Source: Nitrosopumilales archaeon
GTDB taxonomy: Archaea; Thermoproteota; Nitrososphaeria; Nitrososphaerales; Nitrososphaeraceae
Assembly: GCA_044507735.1 (NCBI GenBank)
Contig: JBIQJB010000022.1
Coordinates: 1-20,033 of the forward strand
Direction of reading: 5' to 3'
Length of the DNA stretch: 20,033 nt
Positions within the stretch are counted from its first letter, which is position 1. Every line of letters begins with the position of its first letter. The position numbers were made by a program, and so were the translations under genes. The notes below the pieces were generated by a model. That model was not told where the DNA came from and made no database searches. It saw only the letters and a program-made list of their open reading frames with translations. Shown in pieces: positions 17,055 to 20,033 of the stretch.

Positions 17055-17090
17055 AATTAGGTCTGCCTAATTAGGTTGACCTAATATAAA
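17054..17090 (-). promoter_or_regulatory. TATA box plus two tandem DtxR/IdeR-like operator palindromes
   Basis: TAATTAGG-tctg-CCTAATTA (17054-17073) and ATTAGG-ttga-CCTAAT (17070-17085) lie between TTTATAT (17090-17084, minus strand) and the ATG. Confidence 0.75.
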
Positions 17091-17141
17091 CTAACAGACA
17101 ATGGGAGAGAAAATATACCACCCGGAGGTGAATACAGGAAA

Positions 17142-17555
17142 ATGGTAACCATCAATTCAAGCCGCGAGGTGTCGGCGTCACTGGACCGTGTGTGGGAAAT
17201 CGTGGCCGATGTAGACAACGAGCCCAAGTACTGGCACGGAACCAAGACTGTAACGAACATCAGCAAGACCGGCAACACGATAGAGCGCGAAGTAACAATC
17301 GCATTCAAGGACTCCAAGTGTCGGCAGACTGTGGTGCTCAACCCGAAAAAATCGGTGGACATTTCAATAACCGACGGGCCGCTCAGGGGAACCAAGGTCG
17401 TCACGCTAAGCCCATCTGGAGAAAAAACCAGGATCGACGTGGTCTGGGACATCAAGCTGACCGGTTTTCTTGGCATGTTCACGGGGATGGTGAAAAAGCA
17501 CATTGCTGAAGGAACAGAGGAAGCACTGGAGAGGATCGCAAAAGCAGTCGAATAA
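17142..17555 (+). CDS. SRPBCC (START/polyketide cyclase-like) family protein
   Basis: SREVSASLDRVWEIVADVDNEPKYW N-terminus and C-terminal helix EEALERIAKAVE. GGAGGTGA RBS-like sequence upstream. Confidence 0.9.
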   Translation: MVTINSSREVSASLDRVWEIVADVDNEPKYWHGTKTVTNISKTGNTIEREVTIAFKDSKCRQTVVLNPKKSVDISITDGPLRGTKVVTLSPSGEKTRIDVVWDIKLTGFLGMFTGMVKKHIAEGTEEALERIAKAVE

Positions 17556-17776
17556 ACATGAAGCATGCCATCGGTGCCCCTGCCTTGGGTTATAAATGAA
17601 AACAGCTGTGCTCTGAATTCTCTCCTCCATATACACGTGCACAGAAAAATTACCGCGCTGGTGCCTTGCAGTTAACAAGATCTGCGTGTTTCTAGTGCGC
17701 GTCCAATTATCATGGGTGATGTTTACCCGCCGCCGGTTTTCAAACTAGAAAATCGTATTATCAAATTAAATACCGT

Positions 17777-17794
17777 AATTAGGCTAGACTAATT
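17777..17794. promoter_or_regulatory. Third copy of the DtxR-like palindrome
   Basis: AATTAG-gctaga-CTAATT, same length and arms as the boxes at 17054-17085, just downstream of a TATA-like ATTAAATA. Confidence 0.65.
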
Positions 17795-18099
17795 CGTGCT
17801 TGAATAGAACCTGCTTGCAAAACCGGCGTCTAGAATCAGGCACGAGTACGTCACACAAACAAGGCGAAGTTCATTCTAGCGCTCGGCCGCCTACCTTCTA
17901 AGGCGGGCGGCCCTGCGCAGACCTGTCAGCCAGAATAGAAGAAAATGCGCTCGTTCTTGTAAATTTGAAAAATGAATGGCACCTGTTTCAAGTTTGGCGA
18001 CCTTTCTTCAAGAATCCAAAGTCAAACTGATACTGAGAAGCGCAAAAATTGTACCTTGGGTCATACATTTTTAACACCTATTTCTTGCTAGGTTACGCG

Positions 18100-19317
18100 A
18101 TGGAGCTTGCCTTCACTGTAGCCAACCTTGTGATCGCCGCAATAATGACTGGCGTCTTTGGCGTATGGATATACTTTGTTTCCTACATGACAAAATCCTT
18201 CAGGCAGGCTCCAACGCTAGAGTCGTCGTCACTTGATGGCAGCAACAATTCGACCCGTTTTCCAAAGGTGAGCGTCATCCTTCCGGCAAGAAACGAGGAG
18301 CGCTACATCTCGCGCTGCCTGGATAGCCTGCTTGCCCAGGATTATTCCAACTTTGAAATAATTGCCATCAACGATTCGTCTACGGATAGGACCGGCGAAA
18401 TAATGAAAGAATACGCTGCCCGGGACCCAAGGGTTGTGCACATCGATGCACCGTCTAAGCCAGAAGGATGGGCAGGCAAGAACTGGGCCTGTCACCAAGG
18501 GTACAAACACGCCAAGGGGGAGGTTCTGCTATTTACTGACGCCGACACCGAGCATTCCAAGTCTGCAATGTCTATGGCAGTCAGGCAGCTAGTTTCCCAG
18601 AACCTGGACGCGCTCACCGCGATGCCGAGGCTCATTTGCAACGACTTTTGGACAAAGATAACGCTGCCTGCTCTGGCAATTTTTCTCCATACGCGCTTTT
18701 CCCCGTTGCGCGTCAACGATCCTAATACAAAAACCGGATACTTTTTTGGAAGCTTTTTTGCAATCACGCGTAGCACCTATGAAGCCGTTGGAACCCATGA
18801 AGGGGTGAGGGAAGAGCTGGTTGAGGACGGCGCGCTTGGAAGCAAGGTAAAGGAAGGCAAGTTTCGAATGAAGATGGTGCGAGGAGAGAAACAGATCGAA
18901 GCTGTCTGGGCCCGAGACCTGCAGACGCTCTGGCACGGTCTGCGTAGGCTCATGATTCCCATCTATCACCAGAACAGGTCGGGGGCGTACATGATGGTGA
19001 TTGCTGTATTTTTTATCCTGTTTGCGCCCTTTGCGCTATTGCCATACCTGCCAGTTGCTTCCCTTGCAAACGACCTGTCATTTCAAATCCTGCTTGGCGT
19101 CCAGCTTGCAACCGTGGCCCTCATAGTTATCGCAACGGCCGTCCAGTGCCGGCTTGGAGTATTCGAAAGTCCTGCTTATGCCATTGGTTCGCCACTGAGC
19201 GGTGCCATCGTTTCGTTTGGCTTTATTTCAGCAATAGCCGATGCGCGCAAGAAAGGAGCGGTGAACTGGCGCGACAGGACGTATACTGTAGGAACAAGTC
19301 AGCATCCGATGAGCTAA
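18100..19317 (+). CDS. Membrane-bound family 2 glycosyltransferase (CrtQ/HpnB-like)
   Basis: VSVILPARNEE, NDSSTD, GWAGKNWAC, FTDAD and LVED motifs; N- and C-terminal TM helices; WRDRTY tail. Confidence 0.92.
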   Translation: MELAFTVANLVIAAIMTGVFGVWIYFVSYMTKSFRQAPTLESSSLDGSNNSTRFPKVSVILPARNEERYISRCLDSLLAQDYSNFEIIAINDSSTDRTGEIMKEYAARDPRVVHIDAPSKPEGWAGKNWACHQGYKHAKGEVLLFTDADTEHSKSAMSMAVRQLVSQNLDALTAMPRLICNDFWTKITLPALAIFLHTRFSPLRVNDPNTKTGYFFGSFFAITRSTYEAVGTHEGVREELVEDGALGSKVKEGKFRMKMVRGEKQIEAVWARDLQTLWHGLRRLMIPIYHQNRSGAYMMVIAVFFILFAPFALLPYLPVASLANDLSFQILLGVQLATVALIVIATAVQCRLGVFESPAYAIGSPLSGAIVSFGFISAIADARKKGAVNWRDRTYTVGTSQHPMS

Positions 19318-19409
19318 GATTTTCAGGTACAAATCGGTGGAACGGCCGTTCCAAGCGCTTGAAACGCCATGCACCTAATTTTTATGTTCATTCTGTTAGT
19401 GAGGTAGAA

Positions 19410-19727
19410 ATGATGTCCGAACGTAAGAGCAACAGAGGCAAAATTCAGATCATGGGAGATGTGTTGGGTCTTGCGACGTCAGGGATCAAAAAGACTCACA
19501 TCATGTATAAAGCGAACCTGAGCTACGAACAGGTCCACCTTTACCTGGGCGAGCTGATGAGCAAGAAGCTGATTACACAGGACGTTTCCCCGGACGGGGT
19601 CATATACAGGACGACTGACAAGGGACGCGAGTTCTTGCTTTACTACAATCGCATAGCAGAGTTCCTAGAAGAAGACCAACCTCCAAGGAAGGTCGCACTG
19701 AGCGCGCAATATGCCAGCTACAGATAA
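19410..19727 (+). CDS. Winged-helix transcriptional regulator (archaeal HTH_45-like)
   Basis: KTHIMYKANLSY...YRTTDKGREFL; GAGGT RBS-like sequence before ATG 19410. Confidence 0.88.
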   Translation: MMSERKSNRGKIQIMGDVLGLATSGIKKTHIMYKANLSYEQVHLYLGELMSKKLITQDVSPDGVIYRTTDKGREFLLYYNRIAEFLEEDQPPRKVALSAQYASYR

Positions 19728-19809
19728 GAAAGTGCGTGTGCGGGCTACGGCCTCCGCATCAATTTTTCATCTAGGCAAACAATTATTAGATAATTGCGTG
19801 ATCTTTTAA

Positions 19810-20033
19810 ATGACCTTGAACAAGGCTATTCTGGCCGCGTCGGTCATTATCGGCGCAATTGCAATCTATTTTGCATATTCGCAGTTTAACGATTTTAATT
19901 TTGACTTTGATGGTGTTCCGATTGTCGACGACTTTGTTCAGACAAGCGGGAGGAACAACAATAATAACAATCTTGACAGGGGCAGTCTGAACGAGTCTGC
20001 CTTTCAGATCGGACAAATAAGCACGGTCGAAGC
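19810..20033 (+). CDS. Secreted or membrane-anchored protein (partial, runs off the right edge)
   Basis: Hand-translated MTLNKAILAASVIIGAIAIYFAYSQFNDF...RNNNNNNLDRG...; open to the window end, with a basic residue followed by a hydrophobic N-terminal segment. Confidence 0.75.
   Translation, partial: MTLNKAILAASVIIGAIAIYFAYSQFNDFNFDFDGVPIVDDFVQTSGRNNNNNNLDRGSLNESAFQIGQISTVE

Noticed and set aside
19786-20016. 76-aa minus-strand ORF from the track
   Set aside because: Antisense shadow of the more credible plus-strand signal-peptide ORF starting at 19810.

Overview
The window looks like chromosomal DNA of a soil-type ammonia-oxidising archaeon (Nitrososphaera-like). This is inferred from the gene families, AT-rich TATA-like promoters close to start codons, and a PEF(G)-CTERM-type sorting signal. 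Genes, left to right: a partial Zn-motif protein, a PAC2-family proteasome assembly chaperone, small hypotheticals, an orphan nuoD+nuoB pair divergent from an F420-dependent LLM oxidoreductase, a phasin-like helical protein, an M23 peptidase, a PRC-barrel-like protein, UspA, a wHTH regulator divergent from cbtBA, an 847-aa surface protein with duplicated FTR1/PbrT-like iron-capture domains, an SRPBCC protein, a GT2 glycosyltransferase and a wHTH regulator. Reading the raw sequence also shows items missing from the ORF track: three single-finger C2H2 microproteins (40-51 aa), three DtxR-like operator palindromes (two on the iron-protein promoter, one in front of an ORF-less structured region that may be an iron-regulated sRNA), a decayed tRNA-Phe-like sequence, and several structured intergenic regions. 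No CRISPR array, rRNA or intact transposase was seen. All family calls come from motif recognition by eye, not database searches.
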